Of a DNA stretch of 64,000 nt, positions 1 through 11,900 are shown one piece after another (positions within the stretch are counted from its first letter, which is position 1; each line of letters begins with the position of its first letter). Under the pieces are notes generated by a model. It had not been told where the DNA came from. It was given only the letters and a program-made list of their open reading frames with translations, and did no database searches. The stretch is from Candidatus Onthoplasma faecipullorum (GTDB lineage: Bacteria; Bacillota; Clostridia; Christensenellales; UBA1242), in the NCBI GenBank assembly GCA_019120295.1, contig DWVI01000002.1, positions 80,869 through 144,868 on the forward strand, written 5' to 3'. Made by a program: the position numbers and the translations under genes.

Positions 1-125
1 TTTGAACTAAATTCTTCATAAGCAACATTAATAGAAAGCAAACCAGGGCGTGAAATAGCATTCATATCCTTCGCTCTATCTTTATATAAATTATCGTGAA
101 GATGACTATATAAACTTATATCCAT
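1..125 (-). CDS. Hypothetical protein; only the 5' part is present and the frame runs off the window
   Basis: The ATG at 125 (minus) opens the frame MDISLYSHLHDNLYKDRAKDMNAISRPGLL..., which stays open to position 1. TTGACA (161-156), a 17-nt spacer and TAAAAT (138-133) end 7 nt before the ATG, and there is no SD. No family was recognised. Confidence 0.3.
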   Translation of the reverse strand, partial: MDISLYSHLHDNLYKDRAKDMNAISRPGLLSINVAYEEFSS

Positions 126-289
126 ATCGTATATTTTAAACTAATAGCACGCTTTTGTCAATATTTAACATAATCAGTGTATGTTTGGTTATTTTTTATA
201 AATTGATTCATTGCTTATAGTTTTATAATTTATTTGGTTTAAAATTTTATTGAATTATATGAAAGTTGATTATTTATGTTTAATTTTAT

Positions 290-316
290 AAAAAAAACGC
301 CACTATAAAGTGGCGA
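290..316 (-). terminator. Intrinsic terminator after rplL
   Basis: The stem is cgccac (298-303) with gtggcg (310-315). On the minus strand it is followed by a T-run, seen as the A-run 291-297 on plus. Confidence 0.8.
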
Positions 317-332
317 ATTTAAGCATAAAAGA

Positions 333-704
333 TTATTTAAGTTCAACTGTAGCACCAGCGTCTTCCAAAGACTTTTTAAGTGCTTCTGCGTCTGCTTTTG
401 GAGCATTTTCTTTAACTGTTGCTGGAGCACCTTCAACCATAGCCTTAGCTTCCATAAGACCAAGACCTGTTGCTTCACGAACAGCCTTGATAACAGCGAT
501 TTTGTTTGCGCCAATTTCTTTAAGCACAACATTGAATTCAGTTTTTTCTTCAGCTGCTGGAGCTGCTTCACCTGCAACTGCTGGACCTGCAACAACTGCA
601 GCTGCTGCGCTAACACCAAATTCTTCTTCTAATGCTTTAACTAACTCGTTTAATTCAACGGCAGTTTTAGTTTTGATTTCTTCTACGATTTCTTGTGTTG
701 TCAT
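333..704 (-). CDS. rplL: 50S ribosomal protein L7/L12
   Basis: The 123-aa translation [31 protein letters not shown]...[15 protein letters not shown]...[11 protein letters not shown] is a typical L7/L12. It has the Ala-rich hinge, and an SD (aggag) lies upstream. Confidence 0.97.
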   Translation of the reverse strand: MTTQEIVEEIKTKTAVELNELVKALEEEFGVSAAAAVVAGPAVAGEAAPAAEEKTEFNVVLKEIGANKIAVIKAVREATGLGLMEAKAMVEGAPATVKENAPKADAEALKKSLEDAGATVELK

Positions 705-829
705 AATAATTCTCCTTTTAATTTTTAATTGAATTTTTGTTTTGCCCTATTAAGAACAAACATTATTTTTTATGTTTATTAAATTAGATACAATAAGTGT
801 GTTCAATAAACATAAAACTTGGTCTAAAA

Positions 830-1321
830 TTATTCGGCTTTTTTCTCCGCGATGGCTTTGAATGCACGAGCAAGACCAGATACTGGTGCATTGAGGACAT
901 ACAATAGTTGAGCAACAAGTTGTTCTTTTGATGGTATGCTTGCAAGAGTGATAATTTCTTTATCAGTTGCTGCTTGACCATTAACTAAACCCGCTTTGAT
1001 TGATAAGTTACTGTAATCTTTCATTGCAGATTTAACTAATCTTGGAGCACTTGTTTCGTCTTCCATTCCGAATGCAAAAGCAGTTGTGCCGTTAAGAGCG
1101 TCGTCTAACCCAGTGATGCCAAGTTGTTCACATGCCTTCTTAAAAAGTGTGTTTTTAATAACTTTGTAAACAATGTTATTATTTCTAAAATTCTTTCTAA
1201 GAGCCGTGTCACCAGCAACTGTGATACCGCGATAGTCAACTAAAACAACAGACTTGCTTTCAGTTATTAATTTCTTAATCTCTTCCACCGCATTCTTTTT
1301 GATTTCAAGATTTGCTGACAC
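830..1321 (-). CDS. rplJ: 50S ribosomal protein L10
   Basis: The 163-aa translation contains ...VVLVDYRGITVAGDTALRKNFR...IKAGLVNGQ.... It is L10-like and lies directly upstream of rplL. Confidence 0.97.
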   Translation of the reverse strand: MSANLEIKKNAVEEIKKLITESKSVVLVDYRGITVAGDTALRKNFRNNNIVYKVIKNTLFKKACEQLGITGLDDALNGTTAFAFGMEDETSAPRLVKSAMKDYSNLSIKAGLVNGQAATDKEIITLASIPSKEQLVAQLLYVLNAPVSGLARAFKAIAEKKAE

Positions 1322-1494
1322 TTTGTTTCCTCCTTTATGCTTTTTATTAAATAAAAATTCCTTTTGCCCAAGACAAAAGGAATCAAAATCTACTAAATTT
1401 CTTATCTTTTCTCTTTCCTACACAAGAAAATGCTAAAATATTCAACATTTTTACGTTTAAACTTGTGGTCTAAGGCTTCGAATTCTTATTTAAC
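1322..1494 (-). promoter_or_regulatory. rplJ 5' leader with an attenuator hairpin (L10-leader type)
   Basis: The promoter is TTGACT (1530-1525), a 17-nt spacer and TATACT (1507-1502) on minus. The ~170-nt untranslated leader contains a perfect 9-bp hairpin, ttccttttg (1358-1366) with caaaaggaa (1374-1382). On minus the hairpin is followed by a T-rich run just before the rplJ SD. This is consistent with L10(L12)4-mediated attenuation in Firmicutes. Confidence 0.55.
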
Positions 1495-1810
1495 TAGCGA
1501 AAGTATATACCATAATTTTTAAATAGTCAAGTGTTTCATAAAAATTTATTTAATTTTTTAAATTTTATAACCGCTTTTAATAATAATCACTTCTCATACA
1601 TATTAACATACTATGATAACACCGCAATAACCATAACTATTATCAGTAAACATTAAAATACTGTAATGATTAGAAATAAGTATTAAAATGTTTTGAAATA
1701 TTACAATAATTAATAGCAAATGCTATAAAGCACAATAATAAGTAAATAATAAATGCCAATTTTTGCTTGACGCACGCAAGAATTCTCGACAAATTTTTAT
1801 TTTTCTTCTA

Positions 1811-1839
1811 TTGACAAATAGTAATTATGTTGTTATAAT
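1811..1839 (+). promoter_or_regulatory. Consensus sigma-A promoter
   Basis: TTGACA (1811-1816), a 17-nt spacer and TATAAT (1834-1839) lie upstream of the lipoprotein gene at 1876. Confidence 0.7.
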
Positions 1840-1875
1840 GTTTGGAGATTAAATGTTTAACCAAAGGAGAACATT

Positions 1876-2913
1876 ATGAACCTACTAAAAAAGTTATCAG
1901 AAAAAATTAAAACAAATAATATGGACGTTGAAAAGAAATCTAAAATCAAACGCAGGCTATCAAAGACTGCGATTGCAAGCTTAGTGCTTGCGTCTGTGGT
2001 GGCATTTACTGCTTGCACTTACACCCCATCACCAAACACTCCAATAGACCCAGACCAACCAGGCATCACCACTCCAGTGGATCCAGACAACCCATCAACT
2101 AACCACAGTGAACTCCTTTATGACATTATCAGTAATAGTTATTACAGTACAGTAAAAGATTGCTTTATGCAAGACAATCCTAGATCTGATTCACAATTAT
2201 ATGACCCAATTCCTTATGGTTTTTTAGAAGACAATGGTTATAACATTGAAACTATTAAAAACAATACGCTTGAATGCGATTCTGTTGCTTACATAAAAGA
2301 AGGTGAAAATAGAAATCTCTATATCGCAACAAGAATTGAAAACGAAGGAGATACTCCTTATTACACTTGTTATACACTGAAATATTCTTTATCTGACGAC
2401 GAACTTAATGATTTAATTATGTTGCATAGAAATGGATATTTTGAGGCTCCTTTATTTATTCAAGAATTATCTTATCAAAAAACTCCCATAGTCGTTTCAG
2501 AAGCCAACATAACAGTTTCAGCATTAAATGGTATAGTTGATATGTTTAAAGATGCTGAATCACTTTCAACAGGTTTATTCGGTACAAACAATATCACTGT
2601 TGATTTATTAGATTTTTCAGTTAAAAATCAAACAGTCAATATATCTGTTAGACCGGCTTCTATAAGAAACTTTACTGGTGATGTTGAAATTAGATTTGCT
2701 GAAATAATACCTGGCGGTCCAACTGTTCCTATTACAGCCATAAATAATGGAATGGTGTTATCAGGTCCTGAATCACGCTATGCTTTCGAATCTGATGACA
2801 AACGCAATGAATATAAAAACAATTATGACACAGTTACATATTATGACACACAAATTAAATATTCATTTAATTTTGAATTAGAAAGTAATTTAACTAATAA
2901 TAACAATTTATAA
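1876..2913 (+). CDS. Putative lipoprotein of unknown function
   Basis: The ORF is 345 aa with an SD (aaaggag). A signal peptide and lipobox (VVAFTAC) are followed by a Pro-rich linker (PSPNTPIDPDQPGITTPVDPDNPS). Confidence 0.75.
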   Translation: MNLLKKLSEKIKTNNMDVEKKSKIKRRLSKTAIASLVLASVVAFTACTYTPSPNTPIDPDQPGITTPVDPDNPSTNHSELLYDIISNSYYSTVKDCFMQDNPRSDSQLYDPIPYGFLEDNGYNIETIKNNTLECDSVAYIKEGENRNLYIATRIENEGDTPYYTCYTLKYSLSDDELNDLIMLHRNGYFEAPLFIQELSYQKTPIVVSEANITVSALNGIVDMFKDAESLSTGLFGTNNITVDLLDFSVKNQTVNISVRPASIRNFTGDVEIRFAEIIPGGPTVPITAINNGMVLSGPESRYAFESDDKRNEYKNNYDTVTYYDTQIKYSFNFELESNLTNNNNL

Positions 2914-2918
2914 CAAAC

Positions 2919-2972
2919 AAAAAATGGTACTTGGGTGAACCGAATCGGTTCACCTTTTTTGTACCATTTTTT
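2919..2972. terminator. Bidirectional intrinsic terminator between convergent genes
   Basis: The inner stem is ggtgaacc (2934-2941) with ggttcacc (2947-2954). The outer stem is atggtac with gtaccat. An A-run lies upstream and a T-run downstream. Confidence 0.85.
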
Positions 2973-2973
2973 A

Positions 2974-5900
2974 TTACAAGACATTTATTCCACCTGCTGT
3001 CACTATAACTTGGTCTTCTATATCCGTTCCTTCGTCACCTTCTTTGAAACGTAAGTTTACATTTCCTCCAAGAGAAACACAAACTGATTCTGTTAAATAA
3101 TATAATCTTCCATTATTTCCTGTTGGGAAAGTATACGCAGTAGACGATTCAGACTCAGAATAAGAATTTGATTCGAAAAGATTATCCGCCGTTATATCCT
3201 GACGAGTAAACGCTCTATTGCTATACATGTATCTTGTATATAAACCGATAGACGAATTTGTTAAATATTTATTGTAATTATACATTATTTGTTTATCGTC
3301 ATCTTGGTTTGAAATTATTTGTGATACTACACAAACTCCATCTTGAACAGAATAAGTTGTTGATAAAGTGTATAATCTTCCATTTTCAACGTAGTAATTA
3401 TATCCTACTGTGTAATAATCTAAATTTGTTATTCCTTGGTAATCAGTAGAAGAAATATTTTCTATATAATAATTATCTTTATAATAATCATATCGGTTTA
3501 TTAAATCTCCGAAAGTTATATTCAGTTCAGATCCATTTCTAGTATAGATTGTTATAGAAAGCTCTTCATAATTACCTTCTATTGGTTCGTAAACTGATGT
3601 AACACCTTCGATAAATTCATTTGTTACGTATCCGCCATCATAGTAATAGTAAGTTACTTCATGTGCAATTGATATATCCGAAGTGGCGTTTGCTGTGTAA
3701 TAATTGCTATCTTGAATATTAGGTATCTCGCTATTGTTATAATATGGGTTAGTGAATGAATGTGGATAAATATATAGATAAATTGGATCACCTTCACTTG
3801 TTCCATGAGGTAATTGATCTTGCCCATAGATATAAATCTGATTGCCAGCACTATTTAAAACGACTTCTGCTATAACATAATAACCTGTTCTCGGTTCAAC
3901 TGTTTGCACACCATCTTCACCAGTTACTGTTTCTGTGTAATTAACTTGAATATAATCTATTCCTTCTTCTCCTTCTGGTTGGCTAGTTGTCCACGTAAAT
4001 CTAGCAATTTTTCTAGTGTCATCTTCTTCATTTTGGATACCATTCGCAGTGTAATATGCATTTTTCATATATGAGTAGCCTAAGTGATAATAAACTGATT
4101 GTCTATTTCCTTCTATATATTCAGTAACTTCTATTAGAGTGTCTGCTAACTGATAAACTCCGCTACCATTTATTTGTGTTTCGCTAGTTATTGGTCTAAT
4201 ATTAGTAAATAATGAATTGTAGTTATAGGATACACTTTGAACGACTGATGCTTCCAAGTTATTTGTTACACCAGTTCCCCATGGCACGCCATTTATTGAA
4301 AATTCACCGGTAGTTCTATCTTGTGTCAAATTATTATCTACATCGTTATCATAATTATTATATGTGTTGTCAGATTCTTCGTATTGACCTCTAACATAGA
4401 TGTAACCGTTAATTGTTGTATAATCACCTTGTGTAAAGTTTGATGTATCTACGTGTGCTTGTGCTGGTCTGTTTATAACATCACAGGCATCAGCCAATTT
4501 ATAGTACACACCATTCTTATAAATATAGTAACGATAAATTTCCCAATCTGCACTATTATCCGAAGCCCCAGAACTACCCCTAGTATATTCTGTATCTCCT
4601 ATTACAATACTATCAATCACCATAGGTGAAGAGTTTTCATTTATATTTACAATTCGACCATCATCTCCATTAGTGTTAACACCCGCATTATTTAGCACTA
4701 TTGGATCATTTGCTGGGTTAAGAGGATCTGTATATTGGTAATATTTATTGTAATAATCTGCCGGCCTTTCTGTTGAATAGTAAATATAATATGCCTGATT
4801 TTTATCATCTGCTATTATATGACTATCTTGTACACTTAATTTATCATCATCATAAAGAATTTGTCTATTATAAGTTGATGAGAAGAATCCAAAACTTTGA
4901 TCTAGTTTAGAATAATATGTTGATTTTGCTATTTGATTTGAATTTATGCTAGCAATTAACATACCTCCGAGAGCATATACTAATCCGTGTTTTAATACAG
5001 TTTTACCAATCTGTTTGAAAACATATTTAAGTAGTTTTTTGGCTCCCTGTCTTACTATTGCACCGAAACCGCCTGTAAACACAGTTATTGCAAGATCCAC
5101 AACTATGCTTCCACCGAAAGCAAGCCAATACACCCAAGAATGGCCATTAGATTGCTCTGAAATTATTTCATTTGCTTTAGTTGAGTTTGCACCACTAACA
5201 TTAAATATTGAGCCATCACTAGGTAAGTTATCAGATGTAACACCACTGATTGTCGTGTTGTGGTATATTGTATCAAAATCAAAATAAACATTTCCAGTAG
5301 AATCATAATAACCTACATTATACACAAGAAATACTAGTGTTTCTTCATTTTGACCATTATCGCCCAGTAAACTCTTCCAATCCCCACCTACTGTATTATA
5401 CGCTGTTGTCCAGTTATAATAAGTTAAACCTGCAAGGCTAGAATTGTTGTTTATAGAGATATAATAAACTTCACTTATATCACCAAATCCAATAGTCGCC
5501 CATACAAAATCAATAAAAGTTGTTTTGTCATCGCTAGGTATTGAATATAATCCTTTATTATCATACATTGGTGATGCCATACCAATCGCTGAATAAAGGG
5601 TAGGAGAACCTTCCATGTCTTCATAGATTGTGTAACAGATATAATCATCTGTATAACTATCCGCACTTTTACCAGGTTGAAGTAATAAATTATTCGCATT
5701 TAAATTTAAATTGCCAATAGTTCCTACTTTGGTTATGTTTGCGGCATCGTAAATTACCGCTATTGAATCCCATTCATTGCCTGGATTATCTTCACGTGGA
5801 ATATTTCTTTGTAAGGTTCTAAATGTTGTGTACTCTTTTGCCCAACCTGAAATATTACCGTTTCGCATCCAATTTGCCAAATTTTGTTTTGAAGCATTTG

Positions 5901-8900
5901 GTTGATTTTCCACTGTATATTCGGTTCCATTTATTGCTGTTTTATTTAATGGATTTGAATATGGAACTGTTTGGCTCGCTGAAATATTGAATGTGTCTAA
6001 GTTAACATAATAAGCCTGAGCAATTAAGTTTATATAACTATTACTTGTGTCCGCAGTGTAAGACGATTGACCATCCGCATAGTTAGAGTTTTCAATAGTG
6101 TTAACCGTAAATGGATAATTATGTTCTCCTTCAACGGTCACTGACGTACCATAGTATGCATTATTAGTTCCTTCAACTACTCTATTTAAATTACCGCCTT
6201 TTGCCACTTTTAGCATACCAACAAGTCCGCCAAAATTAATGTCATCATCTCCAAAAACTATCAATCCTGAAACCATGTTGTTTGAATTAGAAGCAACTGT
6301 GTTATCATCATTTCTTAATATAGTTAAATTTCCCTCTAATCTTCCTATCAAACCACCTATATAATATGAAGATACAGTATTGATACTTATGACCGCACGA
6401 TTAATTCCTGATGTTGGCACAATTTGCATTCCTTGTCCATTCATTGTAAGCTTTCCTACCAATCCACCAACATACATACCTGATAAACTTGTATCACTTT
6501 GAACATTAATTACTACAGTATCATTAGAATTATTTACAAGAGCGTCGTTAACCACTATATCAGCGTTGGATAAAGATAAATTATCCTGACCTGACGGACC
6601 ATCAAAATAGCCTACTATACCACCAATATTATAAGCTCCGCTAACATTAACATCGTCTAACAGTTTTGGCAATAATACCATAGGTAATTCGTCATCACCT
6701 GTTGTTACATTGTAATAATAACCATAGAATGTTCCGACATTCACGCCTAAACTTGCATTAATATTAACTTGTATATTATTTGTGCTGGCTAAATTTTCAA
6801 TCTCTGTTCCGTTTTCTGCTTCTGTGTATTTTATTAGTGAACTCATATTCACTGAACCAATGAATCCACCAAATCCACTTGTAATTTCATTAAACTCTTT
6901 TCTTTCACTGGTTAAATCTAAATATGGATTTTCAGCACTAAAATATACACTGTTATCGCTGTTGGAAGTAAATGATAAATCGGCCATATAGTTTTCTATG
7001 GTTGAAATAGTAGAAGCATCATCACTATTATAGGCCATAGCACCTTCTGAGGTAGATGTAATGTATCCGTTTATAACATTGTTATAAGTTATTTCACCAG
7101 CGGTTGACGAACCAATGAATCCGCCAACACTTGTTGGGATTACATATTCCCAAACGGTTGTTCTACCATTGTCTTCGGTTTCGTAACTTGCTAAATATAC
7201 ACCTTTTATTTCTAAACCTGTCGAGCTATTTGCACTGCTTTCGTCTTCACTTGTTCCAGGTAATTCAGCATCCGACAATGCACCTACAATATTATTTCTT
7301 ATAATAGATAGATTGGTTGTGTTTGTGTTATAACCAACTAAACCACCAACGCTTGTGTTACCATAAACGTTTGCTTTTGTCCAAATTGAATCAATTGTTC
7401 CGCCTGTTACTAGTCCTACTGCACCACCAACGTTTATCACACCAGTGATTTGAGCAGTTCTCGAAACGGAAACAGCATAATCATTAAGCGTAAAGTAATT
7501 ATTATTAACATCGTTGCTATTTGTCAATTCGTAATAATTTACTATTTCATCACCCTCTTCAACTTGGTGTTCAGTAAATTTGTAATTGGAAATTTGTTCT
7601 ACTAATGGAGTATAAATGTTATCATCTCCCAAATTATAAACAAGAGAAATTGAATCGGTATCTATTGTTATGGTTTCTGGGATATCACTATGTAATAATC
7701 CAGTGCTCATATAGCCAATTAAACCACCAACATTTTGATAACCTGTAATGTCCGCATTATTTCTCAGTGCAAACATATAGCTTACATTTTCACCCACATT
7801 ACCAATTACGCCACCGACATTTATTGCCTTAAATCCTATTTTTTGTTCACCACCATTTGAATAAGCATACATATCTGTACTAGAATCATAATTATTATAA
7901 CCATATATCCTAGAATTTGACATGTCGTGTGTAATATCACCATTATTAGTTAATTTTATAGCAGTTTGACCTTCAAATAGACCTACAACACCTCCAACAT
8001 TTACGATTTTAATATTTCCACTATCTGCAAAAGTCTCTGCACCGTTTATATTAATAGTATTGTAGTTAACAATCTCTTGAATGTTGCGTGGACCATTTTG
8101 TTCATTTTCCGATTGTGTGGTATACAAATACAAATCATCTGTTTCAACTTTACCAAATAATCCGCCCCAGTTTTCAAGTGTTGTTGCATTATTTGGTGTT
8201 GATAAAGTTGCATACGAACTATTAGAATTTAAGAAATTCCAATAATTGTGCTCTGTATTATAAATATCAACCATTTCGTTAACGTCCGATGTTACTAAAC
8301 CAACCGCGCCACCAACATTTGTTATACCTGCAACATTTACGTTGTAAGCAACGCCATTTGGTCTATCTATGTTTACAGTTCCACCATTATACCAACCTAT
8401 GATTCCACCAACATTTTTACCATTTACAACAGTAAGGTTTGTTGAAATTGAATTACCAAGTGTTATTTCAATGCTTGAATTAGATTCAGTTTTGCCAATT
8501 AGTACACCGAAAGCAGTTTGTTCTTCTTCTGAATTAACAGACGCTGTTATTTGTATTGAGAAAGCATCTTGGCTACTAGCATGTGTAAATCCGCTTACTA
8601 CTGATGCACCACCCGTGAGTTTAGCCGTAATCAAACCAAAATAACTATCAAGATTAACTGCTTGAATTTGTGCAAAGTTATTTGTGTGAATAGCACAATT
8701 ATCTAATGTAACATTACCAGCAATTTCACCAACTAAACCGCCAAAACTGTTTATGTATGATATGCTAGTGTTTGAAGTAGATGGGACAACAACTACATTA
8801 TTCACTATTGATGTTGAGTTTGTTGAACTTAAACCTACAATACCACCTAAAATGTCAACCCCTCTATCGGCGTCAAATGCATATAGATTTATTATAGTAT

Positions 8901-11900
8901 CATTTCCATAGATGGTTCCACCTGAAAGTTGACCAATTAAACCACCGGCATAATTCACATCAGCAAATTGTACTGATAAATTTCCAGCCGCATTATCATT
9001 AGCAGTGACAAATTGCAACGAACCACCACTCATGCTACCAGCAATTAGTCCAGCATAATTTGCGTCTTCTAATGCTATTGAAACATAAGTATTGTTAGTG
9101 TTAATAGCATCAGTTGATGTGGTTTGAAGGTTATCAATTTCTATATTCCCTGAAATAATGTTACCAAACAAGCCACCAATATATGTTGTAACTTCAGTTT
9201 CTCCTGTCCTTGTTCCACCAGTAATGGTATTTAGTTGATCTCGGTTTTCAGTTGCAAAATAAATATTTTGAACGGTAACAGTTATCTCAGTTGATTGTCC
9301 TTCAACATCTGAATCTATGACTGTACCTAACGCTCCACTATTTTGTAAATAAGTGAAATTACCAAGTTTTAAGTAACCAAAGTAGGCATTATCTATATTT
9401 GCAAACAAACCATTATTAGAGAGATTTGTTATTGTGCATAAGTTGTCTAAATTATCTATTTCTAATGGTGAATATGCATAATTCCTATTAGATATGAACA
9501 AGCCATTAAATTCATTTCCACCAAGCATTTTATAATAATCATCTGAAATTGTGATATTTGAATTGCTTGTTCTACCAACAGGCTCCCATTGTGTTTCTTG
9601 TGCATCAATGTCATAAATAAGCATATAATTTAAACTTGTGTTGATAAATCCGGTAACATCTGGTACATTAAAATCTGCCGAATCAATATATGATAATCCT
9701 TGAATACTTGATAAAACTCCCAAATGTGGAATTTTATATGCATGTTCGTAGCTAGAATTATTTAAATTATCAATATTTGGTTCAATATTTACTTGTGAAA
9801 GGTCTGTAATATCAGATGTTGTTGAACCTGTGCCCGTATACAACTGATAAGCAACTGGGCTGTATTGCAAATCTTCTGCGTTGCCAGTTGATGTTATTTG
9901 TTTGTAGTCGTTATATACAGGATAGCCATAGTTATATCCATAACTTGGAGATGTTGGATTAACATAGTAAACTTCGGCTTCACTACTTGGCGATTTGAAT
10001 ATAATATTCCAATTGCCAACCAACCCTGTTCCATTCATAATTTCAAGGGTGGTGGCAAAACTAACGCCTGTGATATTACCAGTTTCAATATTTGCCAAAC
10101 TATCAATAAAGTTATTATTACCATTGAATGGTGCTCCATTTTCACTTTGAGAGTAGAAACTATTGCCATTAGCGCTTAAACCTTCAATGACCCCTGCCAT
10201 ATAAGAGTTGTAAACATAACTATTTTCACTGACAGTACCAATAATACCTGCACTTGGAACAACCGTACTATCAGTTAAAACATTGTTGATATAACCAGTG
10301 AAGTAACTATTTACAATTTTACCTGCATTTTGTGAAACTATACCAGATAAATTACTATTTCCACTAACAGTTACATTTAAGATTTCTGCTGTTGAATATG
10401 CGTTATAAACTAAACCTTCATTTCGACCAGCAATCAAACCAATATCTATGCTGTTGCCAGTTGAAGAAAGTGTAAGACCTGTGCCTTGAACAGAGATGTT
10501 ATACATCACACCCCTATTTAAGCCAACAACCAAACCTACAACGTTGTTTGGAATTTCAACTTCCGTGTTATCTTCCATGCTTGCTAAATTTAAGTGAATA
10601 TTTGAAACTGCTGATTTATTATCAGTTGATGCAAACACACCACTATATTGGTTATTATTAACACTTGATAAATTATTAGTTGTATTTACGCTGTAACTTT
10701 TTTCTCCACCAATAATGAAACCTTTAATTACATCTAAATTATTTTCATGCGCTGTGAATTTAGGAAGTGTTGTTAAGTTTGAACTCAATAAGTAGTAAGC
10801 GTAATTTTCTTGCATTATATACTCATTGACGCTATCTACAACATAAGGTTCAAACACTGTTCCTTGTGTGTAACTATAGCCTGTTGAAGTAATGTTAAGA
10901 ATTGAATGACTAATTAATAACTCTTCTATACTTGCAATATATGGAACGCTTCCAAGGTCACCATTACCAGCAGGAACTGTGCCCCAAATTGTTGTGTTAT
11001 CCGTGTTGAAATTTGGCATATAAATGCTTGGTTGATTGATTAAAAGGTTTGCTGAAAGGTTTGTGCCAACATCTTCACTTTGTGTTACAAGTGCCAAGTC
11101 TGATGAATAATAAACATCAACTATATTAACACCTGTTACGTTACCTTCTGCATCTCCTCTACCGGCACTTGCATACAATGCGCCAGTTTGAGCATGTGGC
11201 AACATATCATTTGCAATTTCATTTAAGAAAATGCTTTCAAGTGATATAGCGCGAGTTATTGTTAGTCCATCTGCTTCACCAACTAAACCTCCAAGCATCA
11301 ACACTGAATTATCATTATAACTATTTGTTATTGGATAAATTCTTCCAGCAGTTAAAGCATCATTTATGCTCAATGAACTTGCTTCACCAACTAAACCGCC
11401 TGCAAACAGACTAGAAGTGCCACCAGAACCAATGTTTACTTCTTGAACATATGCCATGCTTTCAGAAATTGTCAATACAGCGCTTTCAGATTGTGCAACA
11501 ATACCACCATAATGCACACTTGTAATTGTATTTAAACTATCAGTTGTTTCGCCAGTTTCGTCATTAGTTATTGTGGTTGAATTTACATATCCTGTGAATA
11601 AACTGCTTTCTATCCTTGCACTGTTACCACCAATATAAGCAACACCTAATGAAGTGTTTAAGTAGTTGACACTTAGCCCCGTTAAATCAATGTTAGCCGT
11701 TACTCCTGTTGACCTAATTTGAGCATTTTCACTCGCACCAGATTGTTGCATTTCACCAATTGCACCAGCAACAAAAGTGTTGACTGTGGTTGTGCCTGTT
11801 TCATTTGATTGAGTTCCTGAAACTGTTATATTAGTTAAAATTGTTGCAGAAGATAAAATCGAATCTTCAGACCTAGCAATACCACCAGAAACAATAGTGT

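Noticed and set aside
239-732. ORFs 239..619 (minus) and 310..732 (plus) overlapping rplL
   Set aside because: These are alternative-frame or antisense shadows of a highly conserved ribosomal protein gene, and their translations are low complexity (Q/L-rich, A/S-rich).
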